Sequence record: MT701590.1
Reading direction: 5' to 3' (one strand)
DNA length: 64,000 bases
Origin: Klebsiella phage Miami
This document shows positions 46,124 through 55,906 of this stretch, in pieces. Both the position numbers and the translations under genes were made by a program. Each line of letters begins with the position of its first letter. The stretch's first letter is position 1. The notes beneath the pieces were generated by a model. It did no database searches. It was not told where the DNA came from and worked only from the letters and a program-made list of their open reading frames with translations.

Positions 46124-46798
46124 ATGGGTGTAAATTCTAGAACGATGTCGCTTTCTTACTACAAGACAAAAACGACAGATGAAAAAGACGAGTTTCCTAT
46201 TGACTCCGATATCAATACTGTCATCTTTGATTTCGAAACCGCTTCGCTTGGCATTAATCCAGCGATCCTCAGTATGGGCGCGTTTGCTTTCGATCGGTTT
46301 AGTTTAGAAACCACACAACGTCGAATGAAGAATCCTCAGGATAAGGATACGTTTTATCGTAATCTTAATCTAAAGGAATCGTTCTTCTTGGGTTTCGACA
46401 TCTCCAAAGAAACCGGAGAATGGCATTACAAAAAGAACGGAACTAACCTCGGTAAGATGTTAGAAAACGAGGTTTCTCCCTACGCGGCCTTACGGGAATT
46501 CAAACGCTTCATCATGTCTTATCGCCGTAAGACCGAGGACATGGTTATTCTGATTCGTCGCACTCACGCAGATTACATTTGGTTAGAGAATCTGTGTAAG
46601 CGATTGGATACAGAGATGTTCCTCAGGCACAACGACGTGATTGACATCCCAAGCATCGTGTTTGCTAAAACAGGTGACGTCAAAGGGCATTACACCCTAG
46701 AGGAAAGTTTGTTTGAAGGCCTTGTAAGTCATCATGCGCTGACCGATTGTTATTTGGATGCGCTTCGCATTTGTTCGCTGTACCAAGAAACGAAGTAA
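46124..46798 (+). CDS. DEDDh (DnaQ-like) 3'-5' exonuclease
   Basis: Exo I motif VIFDFETASLG, and Exo III motif HHALTDCYLDALRI near the C-terminus. Confidence 0.6.
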   Translation: MGVNSRTMSLSYYKTKTTDEKDEFPIDSDINTVIFDFETASLGINPAILSMGAFAFDRFSLETTQRRMKNPQDKDTFYRNLNLKESFFLGFDISKETGEWHYKKNGTNLGKMLENEVSPYAALREFKRFIMSYRRKTEDMVILIRRTHADYIWLENLCKRLDTEMFLRHNDVIDIPSIVFAKTGDVKGHYTLEESLFEGLVSHHALTDCYLDALRICSLYQETK

Positions 46799-46804
46799 AA
46801 ACGC

Positions 46805-46843
46805 AGAGGGGTTAACGCCCCTCTCTCTTATTTTGTCTTTTTT
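46805..46843 (+). terminator. rho-independent terminator agagggg-ttaacg-cccctct plus T-rich tract
   Basis: Stem-loop then CTCTTATTTTGTCTTTTTT. Confidence 0.7.
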
Positions 46844-46859
46844 AGGAATTAACATCATG
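46840..46859 (+). promoter_or_regulatory. conserved translation-initiation motif instance (ttttaggaattaacatcATG)
   Basis: Matches the consensus. Confidence 0.6.
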
Positions 46860-47153
46860 GGTTTAGAATCTTTCTTTCGTCAATTACTAGATTGGCCTGA
46901 ATACGAAACACCATCGTACTTTATTAAAGACGGGGTATGTACGATTATAGACGGCGAAGACCAAATCAGTTTTCGCATAAGAGATATCAGCCGAATACGT
47001 TTGGTTAACCGCACCGTTAACCTCTACAGCCGCACGGGAATAGAGATCGCGTTCTACGGAAGGAAACCTCGCATTCACGTAGAGAGTTCTTCTGACTTTA
47101 AAGAGTATTTCGTTAAAATGATGTCCGATATCTTCGCTGGAAGGGAATGCTGA
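46857..47153 (+). CDS. hypothetical protein (98 aa)
   Basis: Start moved to the ATG after the conserved leader (MGLESFF). Confidence 0.5.
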   Translation: MGLESFFRQLLDWPEYETPSYFIKDGVCTIIDGEDQISFRIRDISRIRLVNRTVNLYSRTGIEIAFYGRKPRIHVESSSDFKEYFVKMMSDIFAGREC

Positions 47154-47716
47154 TGAAAAGTATCAAACGTAAGTACGTAACGGCTAACGAACTTAAGAAT
47201 AGTAAGTTCATTATCTTCGGGGAAATGCATACAACAGAAGATCGTGATGAAGTCGATTTTTTGATTCGACGGGCTCACACGCTAAAGCCGTTTAAAGTCC
47301 TCTTTAGTGAGGAATGCGGAAGTGAAGTGTTCCTCACACCTAATGCCATTAAGCGAGGACTGGCATTAGAGAAATGGTCAATCAGCGATCGTTCGTTTAA
47401 ATTAGCGTTAGAGCTCGGGTTACAAGTCGTAGGGTGCGATCTTTGGGATAAATCCGTTTACGCCTGGGATAAGAAAGACGAGAACGGAATCTACACAGAT
47501 TGTCGACGTAGCTTCGCATTAAGAGAGCAGTTTATGATCGATCAGATCATGGGGCTGTGCAACCCTAACAATCCACATGTGCGTGGCTGTATGATCGTAG
47601 GAGACAGTCACCTAAGGATGACAAAAAATCCCGTTATGGGGGATGCCAGTGCGCTTGGCAAGCTTGTTTATAATCGGGGGTTAATCCTTCGTAGTGACAT
47701 TGGGGAAGTGGCATGA
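47147..47716 (+). CDS. hypothetical protein (189 aa)
   Basis: Contains GEMHT. Only a weak resemblance to the TIKI/ChaN/TraB GxxH motif, so not called. Confidence 0.45.
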   Translation: MLMKSIKRKYVTANELKNSKFIIFGEMHTTEDRDEVDFLIRRAHTLKPFKVLFSEECGSEVFLTPNAIKRGLALEKWSISDRSFKLALELGLQVVGCDLWDKSVYAWDKKDENGIYTDCRRSFALREQFMIDQIMGLCNPNNPHVRGCMIVGDSHLRMTKNPVMGDASALGKLVYNRGLILRSDIGEVA

Positions 47717-48141
47717 GAATATTCTTAATTCAGGAAAATTTTTGTAGTCGTGAATTCTTTTCTCTTTTAAAGGATTACGGGGTTCCTAAGGGGAATCTGG
47801 ATACGAATAAGGATGGGTATATCTACGTTCGCACCGGGATAGAGCCAAAGGAAATTATCCGGCGAATTAAGCTGGCCGATAGTCGCAAAATGAAAGTTGT
47901 TTTCATTATTCCGCATTATCTCAACCAGAGTAAAGAGCTGTACGCGGCTCTCAAGGACGATGGTCACAATTGGGAGAATCACCTAAGCATAGTCGGAAAT
48001 CATTTGGAAGAAGCCGATTATGTTGATTTTGTCAGAGACGACAACCTCACAGATATTGTAAAGATCATTCAGCGCGTTAAAACTGAGTGGGGTCGGGTCA
48101 CCCATCCCGCTTATTCGTCTATTTTTGGTTCAGTTAACTGA
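47713..48141 (+). CDS. hypothetical protein (142 aa)
   Basis: ATGA overlap. Confidence 0.45.
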   Translation: MRIFLIQENFCSREFFSLLKDYGVPKGNLDTNKDGYIYVRTGIEPKEIIRRIKLADSRKMKVVFIIPHYLNQSKELYAALKDDGHNWENHLSIVGNHLEEADYVDFVRDDNLTDIVKIIQRVKTEWGRVTHPAYSSIFGSVN

Positions 48142-48207
48142 AAACCCAATACTCGCCACCTTTATGTTTAAAGGTGGAGTGAGTAGAATAATTGGTCGGA
48201 GATGATC

Positions 48208-48630
48208 ATGAGACTATCCCAGTATAAAGATCTATTACAAAGTGTTTCGGCTGAGCCGATTCGGTTTAACTCTGAGTTCTACGAAAAAGTTATCCCTTTC
48301 CCTATTACAGGGAAAGACTCTACTAAGGCGCATTGGAGTTTGGTATTAAATCGCCCAGTTTCGGTAGAAGCGGCTTTCCTCAAATACGCGACTGGGGTCT
48401 TCGTTGATTTCGGGGAATACTTTACGATAAAGGAGCCGTTATCCTTAGCGGACTTCGTATTCCAATATAGCCGTAACGGCGGGTTTCAGTTAACGGAGTA
48501 TTTCACTCACTTTATTCCCGCCCCCGATATCACCAGCCCATACGGCTGGGCTACGGTATCACGTAACCCCTTAAATATTAAAGCGCACTACGATCTGTTC
48601 GTGGGGAACCCCAAGTTCATTAAAAAATAA
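48208..48630 (+). CDS. hypothetical protein (140 aa)
   Basis: Start at the 2nd ATG, 6 nt after a GGAG SD sequence. Confidence 0.45.
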   Translation: MRLSQYKDLLQSVSAEPIRFNSEFYEKVIPFPITGKDSTKAHWSLVLNRPVSVEAAFLKYATGVFVDFGEYFTIKEPLSLADFVFQYSRNGGFQLTEYFTHFIPAPDITSPYGWATVSRNPLNIKAHYDLFVGNPKFIKK

Positions 48631-48653
48631 TCACATATTTAATTGGAGGGATT

Positions 48654-49061
48654 ATGGCTAGATTTAAAAGACGCGGCGGTTACCGTTCCGATCATGGGCC
48701 GGAAGCTGAGTCCCTGAAGATAGAATTAATTCTCAATACGGGGTTGATTAACGAGCTTACAGAAGCGATAAAAGAGAGAAAATATTCAAGATTGCAACTC
48801 CAAATAGCTTACCACAATTACCGTCGGAGTCATTTAAATAAAACACAACCATTGACCGAATTGGAAAAGAACGCCCACATCGCAAAAATAGATCGGGTGA
48901 GCCGGATCCTTGCGGGGCTTTGCCTGCAGCATAAAGCCGCCGTCGGCAGACAAATCACCCTCAAGAGTCAATACCGAGAGGCATACACTGAGTATTATCG
49001 GGCTAACGGAATCAACACACATTTAATAATAGGGAGTTGGGGTTACATCCCGACCTCCTAA
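48654..49061 (+). CDS. hypothetical basic protein (135 aa)
   Basis: Co-oriented ORF. Confidence 0.45.
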   Translation: MARFKRRGGYRSDHGPEAESLKIELILNTGLINELTEAIKERKYSRLQLQIAYHNYRRSHLNKTQPLTELEKNAHIAKIDRVSRILAGLCLQHKAAVGRQITLKSQYREAYTEYYRANGINTHLIIGSWGYIPTS

Positions 49062-49085
49062 GAAACCCTTTTAGGAACTAACATC

Positions 49086-49883
49086 ATGACAGACCAATGT
49101 GAGTGGAAAGACGTTTATGTGACAGGCTGCAATCATGTAAATGATAAGATCATGTTAAAATATCGCCCTCAGTTTAGTACGATGGAAGAACATGATAATG
49201 AAACCTGGGGTCTTCTCGACCAAGTCCCAGAAGATAAAATCGTTATCTTCTTAGGTGACAACTTCCTCAGTCCAGAAAGTCTAATAAGACTAAAACAGTA
49301 TAAGTTTTACAAAGTCCACGTACTCGGTAACCACGATCTCCAAAACGGAGTGAATATAAAAATGATTACCGACGTGATGGATGAAGTCCATGGCAGCATT
49401 AAAATGGACGGGATATGGTTCTCGCACATCCCGATGCATAAACACGCTTTAGGGCATGGTTATATTAACATCCACGCTCACATGCATACCGACACGTTAT
49501 ACGACGATCGTTACGTCAACGTAAGTATGGAGGCGACTAATTATCGTTTATTCTCTGTCGATGAAATACTGAACGGCAAGTACGTTCCTTTTTCCTTCCT
49601 CCCTAAAGGAAAAACAGAATCCTTAGATTTAACTGTCCCGATAAACGTTACTCGGTTTATTCTCGACGAAGAGATCTTTGATCAGGAAGGCAACTTGGTC
49701 GCAGAAATTAAATCAGTTGACGCCAGCCGCCCAATGAAGATAGACGTGAATATAAAAATGTTGCTTAGTGAATTTAAAGCGCATTTTAAATCACCTACCC
49801 AGTTCAAATTCGTCGCAGGTAGGGGGGAGGTTCACTCTAAAATTGTTTTCAACAAAATATCAACTCAGGAGTTATCATCGTGA
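49086..49883 (+). CDS. calcineurin-like metallophosphoesterase, paralog B
   Basis: ..VTGCNHVND..IFLGDNF..LGNHD..HIPMH..HAHMH. Collinear with 34633..35166. Confidence 0.65.
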   Translation: MTDQCEWKDVYVTGCNHVNDKIMLKYRPQFSTMEEHDNETWGLLDQVPEDKIVIFLGDNFLSPESLIRLKQYKFYKVHVLGNHDLQNGVNIKMITDVMDEVHGSIKMDGIWFSHIPMHKHALGHGYINIHAHMHTDTLYDDRYVNVSMEATNYRLFSVDEILNGKYVPFSFLPKGKTESLDLTVPINVTRFILDEEIFDQEGNLVAEIKSVDASRPMKIDVNIKMLLSEFKAHFKSPTQFKFVAGRGEVHSKIVFNKISTQELSS

Positions 49884-50236
49884 AAGAGGAAAGATTACTG
49901 CAGCTCATTGCTTCTTCTAAAGTTCTCGAAGTCGTCACAATCACCCATAAAGAACTCCTGGAAATTGCAGAGTGTCGGATTCAGGTAAAAACCTTTTATC
50001 CCGACATTGTTGATCGTTACCTCGGTTATCTCAAAAACTCTCCTGAACTAGGTACGGGTAAAACCAAAACGTCGCATCTCATCTGGATGCTGGAGAGTAT
50101 AAGGGATAATTCTGAAATGTCCCTTACTAAGAAACATCGTTGGTTGGGATACATTCAAGGTATTATGGTTTCTCACGGTATTCTTGATGTAGACGAAGAA
50201 CGTGACAGCACCAGAGAGATTTTCAGGGGATTGTGA
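49880..50236 (+). CDS. hypothetical protein (118 aa)
   Basis: Overlapping start and stop. Confidence 0.45.
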   Translation: MKEERLLQLIASSKVLEVVTITHKELLEIAECRIQVKTFYPDIVDRYLGYLKNSPELGTGKTKTSHLIWMLESIRDNSEMSLTKKHRWLGYIQGIMVSHGILDVDEERDSTREIFRGL

Positions 50237-50296
50237 TGACCAAGAACGGTGCGGGTAAACAACTTTACGTAAAACTTAATAACCTGGGGAAATAAA

Positions 50297-50890
50297 ATGG
50301 CGAATATTGAATTAATAAAGCAAACCAACGAAGAGGCGTTCAGTAATCCGCTTCCTGGCGATCTCTGGCACGAGATGTTTAACGAACAGCTCCGGGTCAT
50401 TAAGGTTAATGACGACGGGTCCTTATTTATCAGATACTCCCCATCTGGAATAAACCAGATCTTGAAGATTAATCGCTCGCAGTTCGCCCTTATGTTAAAG
50501 TACAAACATAATGATAATTTTTGTCTTGACGTGATAAGGGGCAAGAGTGTTTTCGATCTCCCAAGAAAGATCAGTAACGGTTTATTCGTTAAATTTGAAG
50601 ACAGCGGTTTAAGCTGCCGGGTAGTGGAGATCTTTAAAGACGTTTACGTTGTTGCAGACGCTAGCGCGCTGACTAACCTTTGCCTGGAAGTTGGGATGAA
50701 GAAGCCGTTAGTTCCCGATAATTTGCGTTATCCTTTAATCGTTCATCTTGGCGGGGTAGGTCAAGCCGATGAGTTACTAAAAGAAACCTCTCTAGCAAAA
50801 ATTAATCGCATCTTTGACTCGGTCAATTACAATAACTCGGTCAAAACGATTTACGGCTATAATCACTGGTTGGTATTCCGTAATTTTTAA
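50297..50890 (+). CDS. hypothetical protein (197 aa)
   Basis: Co-oriented ORF. Confidence 0.5.
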   Translation: MANIELIKQTNEEAFSNPLPGDLWHEMFNEQLRVIKVNDDGSLFIRYSPSGINQILKINRSQFALMLKYKHNDNFCLDVIRGKSVFDLPRKISNGLFVKFEDSGLSCRVVEIFKDVYVVADASALTNLCLEVGMKKPLVPDNLRYPLIVHLGGVGQADELLKETSLAKINRIFDSVNYNNSVKTIYGYNHWLVFRNF

Positions 50891-50899
50891 GGATTCTAA

Positions 50900-51337
50900 A
50901 TGAGCTTACGCGCTTTGTATTGTGGTGGTGTCGTTAAAAATGGAATAGTGGCTTGGGGTAACCATATCCCGGTCACTCATCGAGAAACTTTCCTTCAATT
51001 TAAATTTCAACTCAAAGGATGTAAATCGGCTGGGTTCTTAGGGGACGAAGAAGGGTATTTGAAAATTTATGGTAAGAGTATTAGTCTCGGTATCGAGGCT
51101 AACGATTTTACTAATAAACGAATCAGGGCGGGTCAAGACAACTACCGGTTCTTCCGTTGCATGGTGACCGTAGGTAACTACGAATTCCCGTTATTATTTT
51201 GCGGAACTTACGAACCCGAGTTCTTTGAGTTACGTAAGGAAATCACCAGAGACGAGCTTGGCGATGCGTTGAGTCAGCTCGAACAACTGGGCTGCAATTA
51301 TGTCAGCAACGATCGCAGAACCGTTAACTGGCTTTAG
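50900..51337 (+). CDS. hypothetical protein (145 aa)
   Basis: Co-oriented ORF. Confidence 0.45.
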   Translation: MSLRALYCGGVVKNGIVAWGNHIPVTHRETFLQFKFQLKGCKSAGFLGDEEGYLKIYGKSISLGIEANDFTNKRIRAGQDNYRFFRCMVTVGNYEFPLLFCGTYEPEFFELRKEITRDELGDALSQLEQLGCNYVSNDRRTVNWL

Positions 51338-51346
51338 GAAAATGAA

Positions 51347-52570
51347 ATGTTCGAATATCTCATTCAGATAAATCAGGTTCTCTCTTCTGTTCCTATTATC
51401 GGTGGGAGTTTAGCGGTAGCCTTAGGCGGCGGGATCATTGCCGCCTTCTGGAAAGGTCCAGCGTTACTCTCGAGGATTTTTAACTCCACTGTTGTGGTTT
51501 CCTTCACTCTTAATAACTCAGGGTGGGGCAATAATACCAAGCACTACATTGCGTTTATTAAATGGTTTAACCGTTCAGATATTCTTAAGATAACGCGATC
51601 TACTGGTTACGAGGCCGTTTACGACAGCTCTGGTAAAGGGCCTAGTGTCGGCAGTCATTTATTTCGATTTAAGAATAAATGGTACTATCTCAAAATCAAA
51701 GAACTCCCTTCTACGGGAAGCGAGCGTGAGAAGAAAGAGATATGTATAAAGACGTTAGGGTGTTCTGTCAGCATTTTCGACGATCTCTTCGAGGCCTTTA
51801 AGGATAAGACAGATGACGACGGAGAACTCAAAGTAAAACGGTTCAGGGACAATCACTGGTACGACGCCTGTCTTCTCAGCAGGAGGTCGTGGGATACCGT
51901 CATCTTAAACAAAGAAAAGAAGGTGGAAATAGTCGAACTCATCGAAGAGTTTTACGCGTCGAGGGAGTGGTACCGAGAAAGAGGAATACCGTATAAACTC
52001 GTTATTGTATTGTACGGCCCGGCTGGGACGGGTAAGAGTACCGTTATCAAAGCGTTAGCACGCCTGTTTAACAAAAACCTTAACCTCATTTATCTTCACC
52101 AAATGACGGATAACACCTTCCCGGCCAGCATAGAGACGGTAGAGCAAGATTCTTTTATTGCCATAGAGGATTTTGATACGGTTTCTTCTATAGGGTCGAG
52201 GACCAAACCTAAGGAGGAGAAAGATCCGTTCCAAATAGACCTTTCAGACGGAGGATTAAACCTGACCACTGTTTTAAATACATTGGATGGGATCGCTGAA
52301 TTGAACGGTCAGGTCATCTTTATGTCCACCAATCATCTTGAAAAGATCGATAGTGCGCTGATTCGAACCGGTAGGGTAGATGCAAAAATCCATATCGGGT
52401 TTTTAGGTAAAGAAGAGGTCGGAGACTTCATTCAGATGATGTATCCCGGAACGGAAGCTGATTTGGATTTTGTTACAGAAATCTCTGGGTCGGATCTTCA
52501 GTCGTATGCGTTAGCCAACAAAAGAAATTCGGAAGGTTTCTTAAAAGAGCTTAAGGACCATTTTAAATAA
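51347..52570 (+). CDS. membrane-anchored BCS1-like AAA+ ATPase
   Basis: N-terminal TM helix (VPIIGGSLAVALGGGIIAAFW). Walker A VLYGPAGTGKST, Walker B FIAIEDFD, then GLNLTTVLNTLDGIA and RTGRVD as in BCS1-type AAA proteins. Confidence 0.65.
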   Translation: MFEYLIQINQVLSSVPIIGGSLAVALGGGIIAAFWKGPALLSRIFNSTVVVSFTLNNSGWGNNTKHYIAFIKWFNRSDILKITRSTGYEAVYDSSGKGPSVGSHLFRFKNKWYYLKIKELPSTGSEREKKEICIKTLGCSVSIFDDLFEAFKDKTDDDGELKVKRFRDNHWYDACLLSRRSWDTVILNKEKKVEIVELIEEFYASREWYRERGIPYKLVIVLYGPAGTGKSTVIKALARLFNKNLNLIYLHQMTDNTFPASIETVEQDSFIAIEDFDTVSSIGSRTKPKEEKDPFQIDLSDGGLNLTTVLNTLDGIAELNGQVIFMSTNHLEKIDSALIRTGRVDAKIHIGFLGKEEVGDFIQMMYPGTEADLDFVTEISGSDLQSYALANKRNSEGFLKELKDHFK

Positions 52571-52594
52571 CCTTTTATTTTAGGACAAACATCG

Positions 52595-53149
52595 ATGATT
52601 TTACAAGCAGTTAGCGTCGGTGGTAAGAAAACCACCATAGAAATAGAAGAAGGGCTTGTTAATGTTTGGCTGTTAGCTAAGCACGACGTCTTCTTACAAA
52701 ACTTACCTCCTCTGGTTTGTCATGCGTTGATTAAAGAACATATCGAACGCAATATTACCCGTCGACCCGACATTCCTTTAACAGCCCAAGTACGCGAGCT
52801 GATGTACCGTGATATTACCATTAAGCTCAACGGTAAACCAAACTCGGTCATTCCCGTAATTAAAGTAAGGCCGAGTAAAACCAGAAACCAGCTGAACCGA
52901 ATCGTCAAAGAGTACTTCACGGTAAACAGCATGGAGTTCGATAAGAAACTCACTGTTGGGGAAATGCGTAAATTGGAGAAATACCTCCTTTCTTTTTACA
53001 AAGAACCTGTGGAGATCCACAAGAAAGAATTCCCTAATGGGGTTTATAAACTCACCGGCGTGGAATACGAAAATGAGCGGTTTGAAATAACCTTCTCTGA
53101 CGATTTCTTCTTCGCCTTATTTAAAGGACCTGAATACCGTGTTCAATAA
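52595..53149 (+). CDS. hypothetical protein (184 aa)
   Basis: Conserved leader. Confidence 0.5.
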   Translation: MILQAVSVGGKKTTIEIEEGLVNVWLLAKHDVFLQNLPPLVCHALIKEHIERNITRRPDIPLTAQVRELMYRDITIKLNGKPNSVIPVIKVRPSKTRNQLNRIVKEYFTVNSMEFDKKLTVGEMRKLEKYLLSFYKEPVEIHKKEFPNGVYKLTGVEYENERFEITFSDDFFFALFKGPEYRVQ

Positions 53150-53558
53150 TGTCATTTTATTTGTCTATGACGACAGCGAGCTCGCCACCCAGTACACCGT
53201 GGCTAATAAAGGTGGGGCAAGAAGATTAACAACCCCAGGTCACAGTGTTCTCTTATCTGACGTCAAAGACAGAGTGGGGAAAAGCAGTTTCCATAACAGC
53301 ATTGTGGTATTTCTACGAGGAGGGGTTTTCTTTGTTTTCATGTGCGGGTCCGTTCTATACGGATTGGTGGGTGATCTCGATCACCTTCTGGATCACTTGT
53401 TGAAGATCAGGGACGAACTCAATACTCGGGCAGACATACGCAATCGGACAATACTGCATATCTCCGAGGCAGGGTTCGGGCGGTACGACATCATTCCGAC
53501 CATCGATCCCGTCGCGCACAAGGCATTGGCCGATTACCAAAATAATAAATTATTCTAA
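53139..53558 (+). CDS. hypothetical protein (139 aa)
   Basis: Overlapping start. Confidence 0.45.
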   Translation: MFNNVILFVYDDSELATQYTVANKGGARRLTTPGHSVLLSDVKDRVGKSSFHNSIVVFLRGGVFFVFMCGSVLYGLVGDLDHLLDHLLKIRDELNTRADIRNRTILHISEAGFGRYDIIPTIDPVAHKALADYQNNKLF

Positions 53559-53564
53559 CAGTTA

Positions 53565-53607
53565 CTGGAGTGGGGATGACCCCACTCCAGTAAGTTATTT
53601 TTTTTTT
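53565..53607 (+). terminator. strong rho-independent terminator ctggagtgggg-atga-ccccactccag plus T10
   Basis: 11-bp GC-rich stem followed by TTTTTTTTTT. Confidence 0.85.
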
Positions 53608-53674
53608 CATATTATTTTAAAACTATATTACCTAAACGTATAGACGACTTCTTTTATTTAACTGGAGTAGTAAA

Positions 53675-53923
53675 ATGATTTATTTCGATTTAGATTTTTT
53701 ACTCGGGTCAAAAATCACGAAAGAAGAATTTAAGGAGCTATTTCCGGATGCAGATCCGGACCATCTATCCTGTTCCTCTACCGAGGAGGAAATTGATTTC
53801 GAAAATGCTTTTTGTGCGGAAGATCCTTATGATTCGGAAATCCTTCACCGATCCGTACCCATAATCGAAGGATCAAAATCAGATTTAATTTCGTCATACA
53901 AATTAGCGGAGGATGAGATATGA
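53675..53923 (+). CDS. hypothetical acidic protein (82 aa)
   Basis: Asp/Glu-rich. Confidence 0.45.
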   Translation: MIYFDLDFLLGSKITKEEFKELFPDADPDHLSCSSTEEEIDFENAFCAEDPYDSEILHRSVPIIEGSKSDLISSYKLAEDEI

Positions 53924-54912
53924 TTATTGCTTTAAAAACGTTTGTTGGTAGTAAACTGTTTGGATTAGAAACAGAGAATTCGGATACGGATATAAAGGGA
54001 ATTTATATTCCTTCTGCTAAGGATATTCTCTTACATCGTTATCACCCTGTGATCGATAAATCTTCTAATAAGGGGACTTATCGAGCCAACAAGCCGGAAG
54101 ATACAGATGAAGTCTATTTCTCTTTGGACAAATTTATCGAGCTTCTCATAAAAGCCGATACAACAGCTTTCGATATGCTGCACGCACCAGAAAGCAAAAT
54201 CCTCATCTCCACTGACATTCATCATGAGCTTTGGAGAAACCGGTCCAAGTTTTATACTAGCCGATTGGATGGTCTGTTCGGGCAGGTTATTACCGAAGCG
54301 AATACTTACGGTGTTCGGAGTATGCGAGCCGCCGCTTTAAAAGAGGTCGTTGAAATCGTTTCTTCGTGGGATGATTTTAAATTGTCGGGCTGCAGATTGG
54401 GTGGACTGATTTCTCAGCTCCCAGTCGATAACGTGTACACGCGTATAACGCGGGATGAGACACAGAGGGCCGGGTGTCAGGATTTCTATGAAATTCTAGA
54501 TCGTAAATTTCAGTACACCATCTCGGCTTTGAAATTCAAAACTGCTATTCTGGAATTATGGTCCTCCTACGGAGAAAGGGTTAAGAAGGTGGAGTTATCT
54601 GGGGGTAATGATTGGAAGGCGTTAAGCCATGCTTTCAGAATCGGATATCAGCTGTTAGATATCTATCGAGAGGGCGATTACACCTTCCCTTTAAAGCAAA
54701 GCTCTACGATTATGAAAATTAAACTCGGGGAGGTTTCAGAAGAAGAATCAAGAGAAATGCTGAATCAACTCATTTCCGATGTTAAAACTGCAGCAGGTAA
54801 ATCCGGACTTCCTACTGAAATCGATCCAGAGCCATGGTACGATTGGGTGGCAGACGTTTACGCCGGGGTAGTTAAGAAAGCTTATTTACCTAAGGGGTTT
54901 AGATTATCATGA
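53920..54912 (+). CDS. Pol-beta superfamily nucleotidyltransferase (RlaP/PF10127-like)
   Basis: N-terminus KTFVGSKLFGLETENSDTDIKGIY has the GS-x9-13-D-x-D nucleotidyltransferase motif. Confidence 0.55.
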   Translation: MIIALKTFVGSKLFGLETENSDTDIKGIYIPSAKDILLHRYHPVIDKSSNKGTYRANKPEDTDEVYFSLDKFIELLIKADTTAFDMLHAPESKILISTDIHHELWRNRSKFYTSRLDGLFGQVITEANTYGVRSMRAAALKEVVEIVSSWDDFKLSGCRLGGLISQLPVDNVYTRITRDETQRAGCQDFYEILDRKFQYTISALKFKTAILELWSSYGERVKKVELSGGNDWKALSHAFRIGYQLLDIYREGDYTFPLKQSSTIMKIKLGEVSEEESREMLNQLISDVKTAAGKSGLPTEIDPEPWYDWVADVYAGVVKKAYLPKGFRLS

Positions 54913-55091
54913 CATCAGCAATGATTTTAGGAAGTTGTTTTGTGGTAGGGGGTTTTATCTTCCTTTACGTCTTAATCAGAATCTTAATTAAGAACAGCTT
55001 AGATGCCTTTGACAAAATGTTCGTTGCTGGGGCTGGGTTAACTGCCGTTGGGCTTATTATATTTTCTTGCGGTCTAATCCAAGGAGTCTGA
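54909..55091 (+). CDS. small membrane protein (60 aa)
   Basis: Two TM helices. Confidence 0.4.
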   Translation: MTSAMILGSCFVVGGFIFLYVLIRILIKNSLDAFDKMFVAGAGLTAVGLIIFSCGLIQGV

Positions 55092-55115
55092 CACGCAAGA
55101 TCTGGAGGAGTAACA

Positions 55116-55382
55116 ATGAAATATTTTTTAGGGTTATTAGTTTTGTGTTGTGGTTTGTCTTATGCGAAAAATTCTACAGTAACCGGGAGTTGCGTTGCGA
55201 TGGATCATTACGAAAAGACGGTCTATCAGTGCAGCGATGGAACGGTAACCGTCATGGACCAAGACAACGCGACCATTTGTCGTCCTAATGATTCTGCTGT
55301 AACTGGAGGTGCTCAGCGCTGCTACCGGGTGGATTTAAAAACCGGGGAATCGCATGAAATGGAAAAAGGAGTTAACAAATGA
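55116..55382 (+). CDS. small secreted Cys-rich protein (88 aa)
   Basis: Signal peptide MKYFLGLLVLCCGLSYA, with six further Cys. Confidence 0.5.
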   Translation: MKYFLGLLVLCCGLSYAKNSTVTGSCVAMDHYEKTVYQCSDGTVTVMDQDNATICRPNDSAVTGGAQRCYRVDLKTGESHEMEKGVNK

Positions 55383-55591
55383 TCGATTTCTTTTTCGCTC
55401 CGGTTTCTAAGGGATGGTTTATCGTTCAGGTCATGTGCACGGTTTACGTTTTACTAAAATGTGTAACGTCCTATATCGACTACTGCAAGAACCCGAATAA
55501 AACTGATCTGATCATTTATTGGATTCAGGCGGGACTCGGGATAATCGTAACAACAAAAACGATTTGCTTCTTGGCGGCTGGGAGTTTCTAA
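55379..55591 (+). CDS. small membrane protein (70 aa)
   Basis: Hydrophobic helices. Confidence 0.4.
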   Translation: MIDFFFAPVSKGWFIVQVMCTVYVLLKCVTSYIDYCKNPNKTDLIIYWIQAGLGIIVTTKTICFLAAGSF

Positions 55592-55906
55592 ATGAAAAGT
55601 GTTCCTGAGTTAAGTAAATTGAACGATGTTTACGCTTGGGTCCGTCGTATAAACGAACACTACCCCAGACTGTGGGTAGAGGGTTATATGGTGATCGGTA
55701 ATATAAACCGGCCGGTTTTATTCTCAACCTTCGCAGATCTTAGTTGTCTCCATGCCGTATGGGATCGGGAGTTCGCCGGTAAAGAATTCTTTTTAGAGGA
55801 TAAACTGGTGTTAAGGGTGAAATGTTCCCAGTCAACCAGGGATAAACTCAGACGCTTGAAAATCCACAGTACCCTGGAGGTTCCTTTGGTATGGAACATG
55901 AATTAA
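55592..55906 (+). CDS. hypothetical protein (104 aa)
   Basis: Co-oriented ORF. Confidence 0.45.
   Translation: MKSVPELSKLNDVYAWVRRINEHYPRLWVEGYMVIGNINRPVLFSTFADLSCLHAVWDREFAGKEFFLEDKLVLRVKCSQSTRDKLRRLKIHSTLEVPLVWNMN

Noticed and set aside
47147-47716. Possible TIKI/ChaN/TraB-family protease-like assignment (GEMHT motif)
   Set aside because: Only a single short motif matches. Insufficient to call.
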